Position numbers and translations under genes: made by a program
Notes under the pieces: model-generated
Told to the model about the DNA's origin: nothing
Seen by the model: only the letters and a program-made list of their open reading frames with translations
The model's database searches: none
Assembly (NCBI RefSeq): GCF_044704955.1
Contig: NC_091979.1
Location: forward strand, 259,036,001 to 259,100,000
Source of the DNA: Pristiophorus japonicus
Taxonomy: Eukaryota
Reading direction: 5' to 3'
Length of the DNA stretch: 64,000 nt
Shown here: positions 37,070-49,600 of the stretch, in pieces
Layout of the letters: the number at the start of each line of letters is the position of its first letter
Position numbering within the stretch: position 1 is the first letter of the stretch

Positions 37070-38470
37070 ATTACACGTCCATATTTTACACCGTGTACTA
37101 TTACAAGCAGTTTCTACCTTTGTGCCTTCACTTTTCCCCTTTCACTCCTTCCTGTAAGGGGTGGGAAAGCCGCAAGAAAGTCGTATCATGGTATTGATAG
37201 ATTCTGTTGCCGTTGTAGACCTCGTACACTCGCCACGGCTTTCCCAAATCGCAGGTGTCGATAATACCAATAGAATAATGTCGGAATTTCCACCAACCTT
37301 TCAAGTCGTTCCTTCATACCGCCCCCTCTCGAGTTTGCCAGATGCAGCACCGTGTGACCCAGCTGACCGCTTCGTCTTTTGTCAAGAGTTCAAGCGTGGA
37401 GTCAATGAATTGCTGTCGGTAATTCGAAAGGAATGGCAGACTCCCGTGGCAAGTGTTGGGAGCACCATTCGCAGAACAATTTGTTGAAGGATACTTGCCC
37501 GCCAGTGTAAACTGGACGTATCAGAAAGTGGAACAAAACGCCCTGTAGATTGAGGAATGGATATAGATTTTATTGCTCATTCCTCCACTCGCCAAATGTA
37601 AGGGGGGAGGGGGTCACTTAACTCGGCACTGTAGTCTTTCACCTCCAGGCAGTAGGCGAGGAATTGCTGTTAGACACGCCTGCTGTAATCACTCCCTCAA
37701 CTTTTAATCTTTGATATCTTTTAGCGATACACTCAATATTAAGCAATCGATCTCTCACTATCTGTCTCGGTCAGATCACGAGCTGAGCAATAGTATGGAG
37801 CCCTCCATGGTAATCCCCATAACAACACGCGTGCTGCCGCTTCTCGCCAAACGGAAATTAGAAACAATCATTTAACTCTGCACATCATCCAGTAACTAAC
37901 ATGTCACGTATTTGTCCCAGAGCGACGAAATTAAGGGAGGGGTGGGGGATGGGGGGGGGATAAATGGTGCGTAGGAAAGTAAGTGGCTGAATGCTAGATC
38001 GGAGTTGGAGGAAACTGCAGACGCTTATTTCAAAGGAGGCTGCTGGTGGTGGTAGCGTGCATGTACTGGATACATCATACACATTGAGACAAGGGTTAGC
38101 AGTGGGCTGAACAAGGTACTGGACTGATGGATCGCCTGGATTTCTGATAGCACTTTCAGGCTATATCGTTGGATCAGCTGATGTTGTAGGGCGAGGGTTT
38201 CTTTATATCTATACTGTGTGTATAATAAAAAAGGGGGTTTACAGATCGTGCTCGCAGGAGCTATCTCTCCAATCGTTCAACTGCTGTGAACAAAAGTGAG
38301 GGGAAATCTTGTCTCGTTGGTTATAGGGGTCGGTGCCCAAAACTAAATGGATCTGAACTGGAATGATTTGCATCGTTGGTTCGTACTGCACGCTGGAGTG
38401 TCAAAGTGCTGAATCTACTTAATGAAACAAAGCTGTTCATCTTTGATGTGCTAAAAGAAACTGAACCGCA
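37070..38470 (+). promoter_or_regulatory. Probable promoter and 5' UTR region of the GFRA gene
   Basis: Apparently TE-free, CpG-retaining sequence directly upstream of the ATG. G-run at about 37935-37959. Candidate donor AAA|GTAAGT at 37979. Confidence 0.45.
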
Positions 38471-38510
38471 ATGATTTCTACAGCCTTGTATTTCGTTCTG
38501 CCCATAATAG
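38471..38510 (+). CDS. GDNF family receptor alpha, first coding exon (signal peptide MISTALYFVLPII-D)
   Basis: gcaATG, 40 nt, AG|gtaag donor. Phase 1 joins the next exon in frame. Resembles GFRA1 MFLATLYFALPLLD. Confidence 0.85.
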
Positions 38511-39078
38511 GTAAGACAATTTGGCAAATCGTTCGATCTACCCTTTAACAATACCGTTCTGCCAGAAACTTAACAGGGAAGTATGTTTTGTCTTGAGGCT
38601 CTTTTGATATGTTGAAAGCCACTTAAAAAAAATATCAGCCAAATAAAGGACCCCTTAGATCCGACGGCTGATTAAACTATTTAATTTGTTTCCACGTGAA
38701 TCACACTCGCCCTATTTTATTATGTAATATTTAAACGTTAAATTCGGTAATACATTGGAAAAAATAAATAGAAGTGTTGTTGGTGTATAAAAAAAGGCTA
38801 ATTAAAGACGTTGCTTCTGCTTCTGCTTCTAGTGATCAGAATGAATCTCATCTTCCAGTGTAGAATTTATTTCTTTATTGTTATTAATTTCCTGATGTGT
38901 TAGACAATATTATTCTAGATTAGATAATTATTGTCAAATGTTTTAGATAAGGCAAATTATCTGCAGTGTTGGCGGGAGGATGGTTATTGATTTGCTGTTA
39001 TTATTTATGAAGATCATGAAACCTTTTGAACTAATGTGTGCTTGTTTATGTCTCGCTTGTTGACCCCCCCCCCCCCAG

Positions 39079-39381
39079 ATGCTGTAGTTCAGACTGCAGG
39101 TGTCAATCCTGTCCCCGCTGCTGTTCACCGTGTTGACTGTGTAAAGGGCAATGAACTGTGTACCAGTGACCCGGCCTGCAGCAGCAAGTATCGGACCCTG
39201 AGGCAATGCCTGGCCGGGAGCGCTAGCATGGTCACCGGACCCGAGGCCAAGAACGAGTGCATCAGCGCCATGGAGGCCGTCCAACAGAGCCCGCTGTACA
39301 ACTGCAGGTGTAAAAGGGGCATGAAGAACGAGAAGAGATGTCTCCGAATATACTGGAGCATTCACCAAAGTTTCATGCATG
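39079..39381 (+). CDS. GDNF family receptor alpha, D1 domain exon
   Basis: DCVKGNELCTSDPACSSKYRTLRQCLAG...ECISAMEAVQQSPLYNCRCKRGMKNEKRCLRIYWSIH (8 Cys, GFRA signature). (C)13AG acceptor, G|gtatga donor, 303 nt, phase 1-1. Confidence 0.95.
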
Positions 39382-39485
39382 GTATGACAGATACCATTCT
39401 CATTTTATCATGCGTAACAGCTATTTCTAATAATTTACATATATACATAATATAACTGAGTAAACTCTGACTGTATCTCTGACAG

Positions 39486-39581
39486 GGTTTACAATTACAG
39501 GGCATGACCTGGTCGGTTCCCCCTATGAGCCACTGAACAATAGACTTTCAGACATATTCAGGGCAGCATCCATCATCTCAG
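39486..39581 (+). CDS. GDNF family receptor alpha, hinge exon (alternative start at 39501)
   Basis: (G)FTITGHDLVGSPYEPLNNRLSDIFRAASIIS matches the GFRA1/2 motif SPYEP..RLSDIFR. tctctgacag acceptor, AG|gtaag donor. Confidence 0.92.
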
Positions 39582-41420
39582 GTAAGAAGTTTCAGAGTCG
39601 CATGTGACTTGTATTGAGTTTATATATTAAAATGACTAAATACCCACGTGTAAAGCATTAAACCGTATACAGATCCATCTTTCCCAGATGTGTATGTTGT
39701 CTCGTGAATTATTCACGTCCTCTAATGGATATAACGCCTGGGTTCGAGCCGCCACCGTATCTTTTTTCACTGTAAAGCTTGCCCCCAATCAAACTGATAC
39801 GACGACTCCCAGGTCAACTCTGCATTGACGCTACATTTGAAGTGGCATCCCCGCGAAACATTGCAATATTTTAAAGAATTGCGAAATCTGAAATATATAT
39901 ATATCATGATTTGTAGTAAGAGGGTTATTTTCAAAGCAGGTTTTCAACGGTACTTCCAACAGTTTTTGCAGCACACCACAATGGAATGCAATATAAACTA
40001 CCCTAGGGCTTTATTTTAGGATGGAGAGCGCAGAGGGGTAGATCATTGATCTTCGCTACATTTGGCTATTAAAGACGACATTATCAAAAGGACCTTCTAG
40101 TCAGTTTTGCAAGAAGGGAATAAAATCAGCAAACCTGCTTACGGTTGGTTGCTGTTGGTGCGACTTTAATCGCAAGAGCAGAGCAAGAATGCCATTTTGA
40201 AAGGCGAATTCAGCAGTCCGTTTGCCTTTTCTTTCGACCAGTGTTCATCTCTCATCTCCGGGGTGTTAGCTTTCTGTCAGTAGATGGCAGTCTCGCGCCC
40301 TCGTAGAAGTTTTGTTCTGTCACTGAAAATCTGATAAAGCCCTCTCAGTTATCTGCCGGCAACATTACAAAGGTTTGGTGAGAGTTCGTATCAAATGTCT
40401 GGGTACGTCAGGGTGGGTATTTCTCAGTAATGAGAGGTAGTGTGACTTTCCTCTGCTATTTCTTTCCCACCTGCATCACTATTCCATTTACTTTTCCTTT
40501 CTGTTTGTGCATTTGTCACCAAGGCTGTAGCCCTCACCCACAAAAGTCATTTACTGAGTTTACTAAACGAATTCAGGTAATGTTGCCTATAAGGGATAAT
40601 GTTCTTTAGAGATTGGCTTCAAATCAATTTTGTTTACGTTTCTAGATGCAACAGGAAACCTAGTTAAAAATTAATTTTGAGAACATAATTTACAGTGGTC
40701 CAATGCCACTCAGGGAATCTTGGAACCCTTTATTAAGTCCATAATTTAATAAATACTTCATATATTTCCAGGCAAGAAAATCATAGCATCTAGAACAGAG
40801 AAAAATAAAACTATATTAAGCCCCATTTTCTCCTGAGGTTTTAAGTTTTAAGCCTTGAAGTTCTGCAAAATTAAATATTGTAGTTTAGCAACAACAAAAA
40901 TATATAATTTCTAAGTTGCAGGAAGAAAATAGAATTAAAAAAATAATAAAGCTGATGCTGGTGAAGGAGTGGGAATTGTAAACACAGATTGCTAAATTGG
41001 AAAGGGTTTGGGAATAAATGAATTTATTGGTAAACTCATTTGAGAATGGAAAATGGTTCCATGTAATACTGTCATTTTATTTCTGCCTTTAATAAAAAAA
41101 TTGTATGTGACTGGAAGTTTTATGCGTCATTTAGCAGAAACATGTATCTAGAAATGGGATGGCAACCCTGCTGTTTTGATGGCAGCCTTACCATTATGGC
41201 CAGTTAGCAGGAACTGCAGCAACTACGCAGCATTGGACTAGGTTAGGATTAGCACTAAAGTCAGGCATGTTTAAGTGATAGGGAAATCAGCAGACTATTT
41301 AAGAAATAGTGGGTGCAGCTTTGTTTCAACATTCGGATTAGAAAAGATGGTAGCACTGCTTTAGATTTAGCTGAAATGGTAGCTGTCGTAAGGAAAGGAT
41401 TGGTAATAATGGCAACAGCC

Positions 41421-42697
41421 AGGGAAATCATGCTTGACAAATCTTCTGGAATTTTTTGAGGATTTAACTAGTAGAGTGGACAAGGGAGAACCAGTGGATG
41501 TGGTGTATTTGGACTTTCAAAAAGCTTTTGACAAGGTCCCGCACAAGAGATTGGTGTGCAAAATCAAAGCACATGGTATTGGGGGTAATGTACTGACGTG
41601 GATAGAGAACTGGTTGGCATGCAGGAAGCAGAGAGTCAGGATAAACGGGTCCTTTTCAGAATGGCGTGGAGTGCCGCAGGGCTCAGTGCTGGGACCCCAG
41701 CTCTTTACAATATACATTAATGAATTAGATGATGGAATTGAGTGTAATATCTCCAAGTTTACAGATGACACTAAACTGGGTGGCGATGTGAGCAGTGAGG
41801 AGGATGCTAAGAGGCTGCAGGGTGATTTGGACAGGTTAGGCGAGTGGGAAAATGCATGGCAGATGCAGTATAATGTGGATAAATGTGAGGTTATCCACTT
41901 TGGGGGCAAAAACACGAAGGCAGAATATTATCTGAATGGCGGCAGATTAGGAAAAGGGGAGGTGCAGCGAGACCTGGGTGTCATGGTTCATCAGTCATTG
42001 AAAGTTGGCATGCAGGTGCAGCAGGCGGTGAAGAAGGCAAATGGCATGTTGGCCTTCATAGTTAGGGGATTTGAGTACAGGAGCAGGGAGGTCTTACTGC
42101 AGTTGTACAGGGCCTTGGTGAGGCCTCACCTGGAATATTGTGTTCAGTTTTGGTCTCCTAATCTGAGGAAGGACGTTCTTGCTATTGAGGGAGTGCAGCG
42201 AAGGTTCACCAGACTGATTCCAGGGATGGCTGGACTGACATATGAGGAGAGACTGGATCAACTGGGCCTTTATACACTGGAGTTTAAAAGTATGAGAGGG
42301 GATCTCATAGAAACATATAAGATTCTGACGGGACTGGACATGTTAGATGCGGGAAGAATGTTCCCGATGTTGGGGAAGTCCAGAACCAGGGGACACAGTC
42401 TTAGGATAAGGGGCAGGTCATTTAGGACTGAGATGAGGAGAAACTTCTTCACTCAGAGAGAGTTGTTAACCTGTGGAATTCCCTGCTGCAGAGAGTTGTT
42501 GATGCCAGTTCATTGGATATATTCAAGAGGGAGTTAGATATGGCCCTTACGGCTAAAGGGATTAAGTGGTATGGAGAGAAAGCAGGAAAGGGGTACTGAG
42601 GTGAATGATCAGCCATGATCTCATTGAATGGTGGTGCAGGCTCAAAGGGCCGAATGGCCTACTCTTGCACCTATTTTCTATGTTTGTATGTTTCTAA
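41421..42697 (+). mobile_element. 5'-truncated CR1 LINE
   Basis: 367-aa ORF 41434-42537 (YLDFQKAFD, GVPQGSVLGP, FTDDTK). ctatgttt-type tail. Confidence 0.95.
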
Positions 42698-43070
42698 GAC
42701 TCTTAGGCAGTGTAGCTGATATAGTGACTGTATGTCTTCAAGAGCAATGTGACAATGTCAATGCTCAACCACCTGAGATCGGTGGCACAACATGGTCAAG
42801 GTTAGCAATTATATAATAAATGCATGGATTCCAGTGTGACAGCTAACAAGTCATGGAACCTCACAACTGTATTATTCATGTTTTATGCTTCGGTTCCATT
42901 CATTGTTTAAATTTTGTATCATAGCATGACTGTGCAATATATTCTAAGATCTCAGATGTGTAGTTTAATAGCCACATGTGGAAAACAATAGATTATACCA
43001 AAAATAACAACAGTTACCAGTGTCACTATTTTGTGAAAGTCTCAACAAGTTTATTTAATGAACGGCACTG

Positions 43071-43660
43071 ATGAATGCCTTTGTTATCTCCAGACTCATC
43101 TATTCAAATGCTCTTCTGTCCGACCTCCCCCCTTCCACCCTGCGTAAACTTGAGCCCATCCAAAACTCTGCTGCCCGTATCCTAACTTGCACCAAGTCCC
43201 GTTCACCTGTCACCACTGTGATTGCTGACCTACATTGGTGCCCTTCCGGCAACGCCTCAATTTAAAATTCTCATCCTTGTGCTCCAATCCCTCAATGGCA
43301 TCAATGCTCCCTATCTCTGGAACCTCTTACAGCCCTACAACCCCCACTGCCCCGAGATCCCTGTGAGCCTCTTGTGCATCCTCGATTTTCATTGCTCCAC
43401 CATTAGCAGCTGTGCTTTCAGCTGCTAATGGTGTGCTTTCAGCTGCCTAGACCTTAAGATCTGGAATTCCCTCCCTAAAGCACTCCACCTCTCTATTCTC
43501 CCTCCTTCTTTTATTTGCTCCTTAAAATCTGCCTTGGAGCCTGTCCTAATACCCCTTTATGAAGCTTGGTGTCAAATTTTGTTTGATAATCGCTCTTGTG
43601 AAGCGCCTTGAGATATTTTTACTATGTTAAAAAGGCGCTATATAAATGCAAGCTGTTATT
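43071..43660 (+). mobile_element. L2 LINE 3' fragment
   Basis: AFVISRLIYSNALL...IQNSAARIL...DLHW. Tail aggcgctatataaatgcaag. Confidence 0.8.
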
Positions 43661-44555
43661 GATAAGTAGAAATGTTTCTATTATTTGACCCTATCCAAAA
43701 CAATGTCCATCAGCTCCAACCTCAGATGATCACACCCGAATACGCCAGTGTGATGATTTCCATTTCCTGCCGTCCAGTGGTAACTGCGTGAGATTACCAA
43801 TTTAGTAGCTAAACAAGGGGCAGTTTCATTCTGTGCAAATGGATTGTGATACAAGATCTTCAGCTAGTTGCCTTATGTGGCATACATCCTATCAATTGAG
43901 GCTGGATTTGAACCCAGGTCTCAGAAGTGGATGGCCAGTTTCTAACCTTCATTAAATCATGATGCAGGGAAATGGGTAAAGAGATATATTTCTTTCTTTC
44001 CAAACAATTATGTTTGATAACTGCATGAGAACTAAATATTCTACATTTTTCAGTGGGATTTTTGAAATAGCTTTTTCTGGAGAATGTAACTGTTTCTATG
44101 ATTCATAATTCATAGATGCAGGATGTTAATTAAAGACTACTGCCAATGACAAAGGGTTTCTTCAGCATGAATCTTGGTAGAGTGAGTTGTGGCAATATAG
44201 CACATTAAAGACACTGGAGAACTCCCAGAGCAGCTGTACAGTGTAATGTACATTGGGGATAAATAAAAGGGCACATCTGGAACACAGCTTAATAAGATCA
44301 GCTTTAATATTGAATATTTATTGTATTTGCAGAAATCTTGCTAGTGACAAATGTCATGCATTTGACACAATCATTGCAAAGGTTAAACCAGATTGTAAAG
44401 GCTACAAAAAATCAAATTTTTAGATGGATTTTCAAAAAATTGTTTTTGGCGAAGATTTATGCTCACCATCGTGAGGAACCGCAGTGCTGGGAAACAGAAT
44501 ACTTTTCTAATTCTTGCACTCTATCACCATATCCTGATGCATAGTAATGTTAATT

Positions 44556-45241
44556 GGGGGAGAAATTCGGGTCATTTGAGCCTCCCATTGGCTCTAACTG
44601 GGCACAAATTCCTTTTTGCCTGGGCGCATCGCCATTAACGACTCCTAAATTCCGCGGGGGTTTAGCGGCGGCGGTAGCCAGTGGAGCCCCGCTCCGCTGC
44701 GCCGCCAATGACAACATCATCATTGTGCACAGAGACCCATTTTCACCCAGAGCAAAAATTTGGTATCGCTCCCTGAAGTTGTGCCGGGCAATGCCAGCGA
44801 CAGCTTCAGGGGGCGCATACATGGAAGGTGGCACGCACGTGAATAAAATGTTTTAAAATCGTTCGACTTACTGGTCGCGGCCCATTGTCTTCTTGAATAC
44901 GGAGACCGTGCCACAATCTGGCAGCGCAGCACTCTGCTTGAGTGCCAGGCTGATGGCCCGGCACCCCGTTCCCTGATGGTCCAGGTTGGGCCCTGCGGAG
45001 TCCCCTTTAATGAAGGGGCAGGCCCCTCCTACGCGGCAGCACTAAACACCGCACTTGCTTCGCTGCTGCCCTGTTAGCACCCCAGAGAGGAAGTGGAAGA
45101 CGTTTTTTTGTGTGCCATATCCTCTCGGGGACGGTAATCCCAATTTCACGAGCAGGACAGGACTTCCGTGCCTGCCGCAGGAAGTCACGCCGCCTCATGG
45201 ATTTTACCGCCCCCAAACAGTGCGCAAGGAAATTCCTGGCC
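44556..45241. mobile_element. Harbinger-type MITE, TSD ATT
   Basis: ATT at 44553-44555 and 45242-45244. Ends gggggagaaatt and aattcctggcc. Shares caggactt...caggaagtc with about 36655-36690. Confidence 0.7.
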
Positions 45242-45348
45242 ATTTATACTTCCCCAACTAAGTACCTTAACCCTATCCATTTTGCAACATTCCATAATAA
45301 TTCCCCTCTTTTCGCTGCTCTGAATGAGATAGTCAATTTATGTTATAG

Positions 45349-46655
45349 GTCCAAGTCAGCATGGATTTGTGAAAGGGAAATCATGCTTGACAAATCTTCT
45401 GGAATTTTTTGAGGATGTTTCCAGTAAAGTGGACAAAGGAGAACCAGTTGATGTGGTATATTTGGATTTTCAGAAGGCTTTCGACAAGGTCCCACACAAG
45501 AGATTAATGTGCAAAGTTAAAGCACATGGGATTGGGGGTAGTGTGCTGATGTGGATTGAGAACTGGTTGTCAGACAGGAAGCAAAGAGTAGGAGTAAATG
45601 GGTACTTTTCAGAATGGCAGGCAGTGACTAGTGGGGTACCGCAAGGTTCTGTGCTGGGGCCCCAGCTGTTTACACTGTACATTAATGATTTAGACGAGGG
45701 GATTAAATGTAGTATCTCCAAATTTGCGGATGACACTAAGTTGGGTGGCACTGTGAGCTGCGAGGACGATGCTATGAGGCTGTAGAGTGACTTGGATAGG
45801 TTAGGTGAGTGGGCATATGCATGGCAGATGAAGTATAATGTGGATAAATGTGAGGTTATCCACTTTGGTGGTAAAAACAGAGAGACAGACTATTATCTGA
45901 ATGGTGACAGATTAGGAAAAGGGGAGGTGCAATGAGACCTGGGTGTCATGGTACATCAGTCATTGAAGGTTGGCATGCAGGTACAGCAGGCGGTTAAGAA
46001 AGCAAATGGCATGTTGGCCTTCATAGCGAGGGGATTTGAGTACAGGGGCAGGGAGGTGTTGCTACAGTTGTACAGGGCCTTGGTGAGGCCACACCTGGAG
46101 TATTGTGTACAGTTTTGGTCTCCTAACTTGAGGAAGGACATTCTTGCTATTGAGGGAGTGCAGCGAAGATTCACCAGACTGATTCCCGGGATGGTGGGAC
46201 TGACCTATCAAGAAAGACTGGATCAACTGGGCTTGTATTCACTGGAGTTCAGAAGAATGAGAGGGGACCTCATAGAAACGTTTAAAATTCTGACGGGTTT
46301 AGACAGGTTAGATGCAGGAAGAATGTTCCCAATGTTGGGGAAGTCCAGAACCAGGGGTCACAGTCTGAGGATAAGGGGTAAGCCATTTAGGACCGTGATG
46401 AGGAGAAACTTCTTCACCCAGAGAGTGGTGAACCTGTGGAATTCTCTACCACAGAAAGTAGTTGAGGCCAATTCACTAAATATATTCAAAAGGGAGTTAG
46501 ATGAAGTCCTTACCACTTGGGGGATCAAGGGGTATGGCGAAAAAGCAGGAAGGGGGTACTGAAGTTGCATGTTCAGCCATGAACGCATTGAATGGCGGTG
46601 CAGGCTAGAAGGGCTGAATGGCCTACTCCTGCACCTATTTTCTATGTTTCTATGT
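45349..46655 (+). mobile_element. 5'-truncated CR1 LINE
   Basis: ORFs 45369-45785 and 45948-46562 in one frame, broken by stops. FADDTK. Tail ttctatgtttctatgtt. Confidence 0.95.
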
Positions 46656-46814
46656 TAAGGGTCCACACCCACTGATATCAAGGTTGAGAAAGTGCAAGTT
46701 CATTTCACTTTGGACCATTACAGGATGCAAAGATTTTCTTCCCATTTGTTCTGACTGAATTCAAGCCCAGGCCCTTTCCATTTTTTCTCTCTCCCCAATT
46801 TTCTTAGCCAGTAT

Positions 46815-47150
46815 AACCTCTTCTCCATTTCTCGCCTGAAAGCATTGACTCTTCATTTAAGTACAGTACTGGTAACCCTGCAGCACCACATTTAAGAAGC
46901 CATTTTTCATGTGTGGACTTTGACTGTGAGTGTCAACAACTTATTTGGCTGCAAGGGACAGCAGAGTTGAGCCTGATTCTGTCCTCATCAGACAATCACA
47001 CATGTGCACTTCTAGCAGGGATTGCTGGATAGTGCTCAGGAGTAGGCAATCTGGCTAATTTCCCCCTTTCTAACCCAATGGCACTAGGCTAACTATAGCA
47101 CTCCAACGGAGGTCAGACTGAACCTGGCATCTTTTTGGTATGTATGGCCA
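46815..47150 (-). repeat. Old SINE-like repeat
   Basis: Colinear with 33040-33390. Minus-strand head gccatacataccaaaaagatgccaggttca is B-box-like. Confidence 0.45.
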
Positions 47151-49164
47151 AACATATTTATCAACGGAGAAGATGAATTTAAAGGTGAAATGACAGTATG
47201 CTAACCCATAAGCCACCCAGTACACTTTGGTGCAGGTGTTTAATTGGAATTTTGAGCTCATCTAATACCTTGGCTTCAAGCGTTATCTCTCTATTCAGTC
47301 TGGTAATATAGTGAATACGTCTCCTAGGCCATGCATCAACTGTGCTTGAGTGAGTGAACAATTTGCACTGAGTCCTCTGCTGCTGCTACTTTGGCCACCA
47401 CTAGCAGGGAATGAAGGTAACCCAGTGATTGCCCTTCCCCTTTATTTGGAAGCACTAAATATTTGTTCAGCATCTCTCCATAACATGGCTGATATTAGGA
47501 ACTCACAGTATGTAGGATTGTAGAGGCACATCCTGTCCCATCTGTTTATCATGCTGTGCAATGATGCTCCAAAACACTGTGCTACTATTATTATGATGAA
47601 TTTATTTGTGTCTGGTAACCTTATCCTCGTCAGCTAGTACTGACTGTTTTACCTCTACATTTCATTGGTCCTATGGTGTAAGTAATTTAACTTGTATGAA
47701 AATTAAGTAGTGAGTTCTTTGAAAAAACCTTTATCTTGTTCTGGGCTATTTCATTTTGGGTATTATTTATAACATATCAAATCTTAGGCTTGGTACTGAC
47801 CTGCACCTAATAACCACACCATCATCATCATCATGTCTTCATGTCATGTCATCACCATGACGATCACTCCCCCTCACAATGCACAATGTGTAGAAAATTG
47901 TCAACGTTTCTTAGCTGATGTTGGGCAATTATTCAGATTAAGGCAGTTCTGTAGTTACTCCAGATTAAAATGACCCTCCACGGATGCAAAAGAAGATTGC
48001 TGAATAAATTAAGAGCTGTGCATAGTGTTTGCAAGTGGCATTAGTCAGTAATTACATCAACTTGATTTATTCTTAAATAAAAGAGAAAAACTATCATCTA
48101 AATAGGCTAGCTTCCAATTTAAATGATAAAAAAAGTGACTTAGTTTTCTTTGGGCTTTGACATAGTTTAGAATGTTTTTCATCCTTTATGCAGTAAAGCC
48201 CTGAAAGCATATGCAGTTAGCTATGTGTTAATTCCTTTATGCTCTTTGTGGCACAAACTTTTATGTTGCTGTGCTATTATAAAAGGATTCGGGTGAGAAT
48301 GCCAGGGGTCAGTTTGCACACATTCTTTGTGCGGTTTTGTGATATGATCTGTGAATAATTCAAAAGCTCCTTTTCTAGCCATTTCACACCTATTAAATTA
48401 CTTCACCCTTATCCACCCAATTATAGAGGTGTTATGCCAAATGCACATTATTGCGCTATGAGCAGTATTATTGAAGATTATAAAGTCCGATAGATACAAT
48501 AGCTTGTTTTAGTGTTGGCATTTGCTCCTCAGATTTGTATTACTTTGTATTATACCTAGCTCATTTCCATTGAATTATAATTTTTGTCTTTGTTGCCTCA
48601 TTGGATTCGTTTCTGGTTACTGCTTTTATAAACCATTTGTTAATTACATAAATTTGATGGTTTAGAAATAATCTAATTAGAGTCTCCAATTTCATGTCAC
48701 TGTGTCACTCATACTCAATCGTTTACTACAGTAAAATATGGCATGTATACCGTTCACTTCCGCTTCTAATTGTAAAATCAGAGTACTCAAATATGTCACT
48801 TATAGATTAGATCATAAAATGTTATGGTTCCTCTAAGATAAAAGAAATAAAGACTCACAATTATATAAATGAAGATTTTCTGCTTTGGCATTCTCGGCAA
48901 ACATTGGGAGCACATAGCACAACATTACACATCCCCAGCCCATGATTTTCTGTCCATTAATTTTAATGAACAGAAAATTACAGGCTGGGAGAACAAACTT
49001 TCCTAATATGCATTTCCAGTATGTGTTGACAACACCAAAGCAGAAAATTTCCCCGAATGATATCTTACAATACCTGAGGTTTTTCAAAGCACTTTGTAGG
49101 CAATCAATTACAGTGACTATAAGAAATGGTAATATCCCACAAATAGCGATAAGATGTTCGATTA

Positions 49165-49405
49165 ATTAATCTGGATTTTCTTTTGGTAGTATTAAGGGAA
49201 AAATGTTCGTCAGGACAGCTCACTGCCTTTCAAATAGTGTCATGAGATACTTAATAGCTCATCCAGATGGCAGTACCTGTGGCAATGTAATACTCCCTCA
49301 GTACTGCAATGAAGTGCAAGTCTAGATTATGTGCTTAATCTAGGAGGGAGTTTGAATCACAACCTTCTGATTCTGATGCAAGAGTTCTATTAACTGAGGC
49401 AAGTT
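49165..49405 (-). mobile_element. Degenerate Deu-domain SINE
   Basis: caaatagtgtcatg, ctccctcagtactgca, ttgaatcacaaccttctga match 60570-60855. Confidence 0.55.
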
Positions 49406-49600
49406 GTTACTTAGACAATCCTGCACCAGTACTTTTTTTCCATTGTTATTCATCACTCGTAACTCGCCTAGTTTTTCTTATTTAACTGTTTAGTTTCCAC
49501 GACAGAGCCAATGGTCAGGCCATTTTGCAAGATTAACTAGAGAAAAATGTATAACATAAGGCTAATGAGCTAAATCAAGCCCATTTCTCATTTTGTGTAT

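Noticed and set aside
39036-39455. 139-aa ORF as a single-exon gene
   Set aside because: Only 39079-39381 is GFRA-like and bounded by AG/GT. The flanks are intron read-through.
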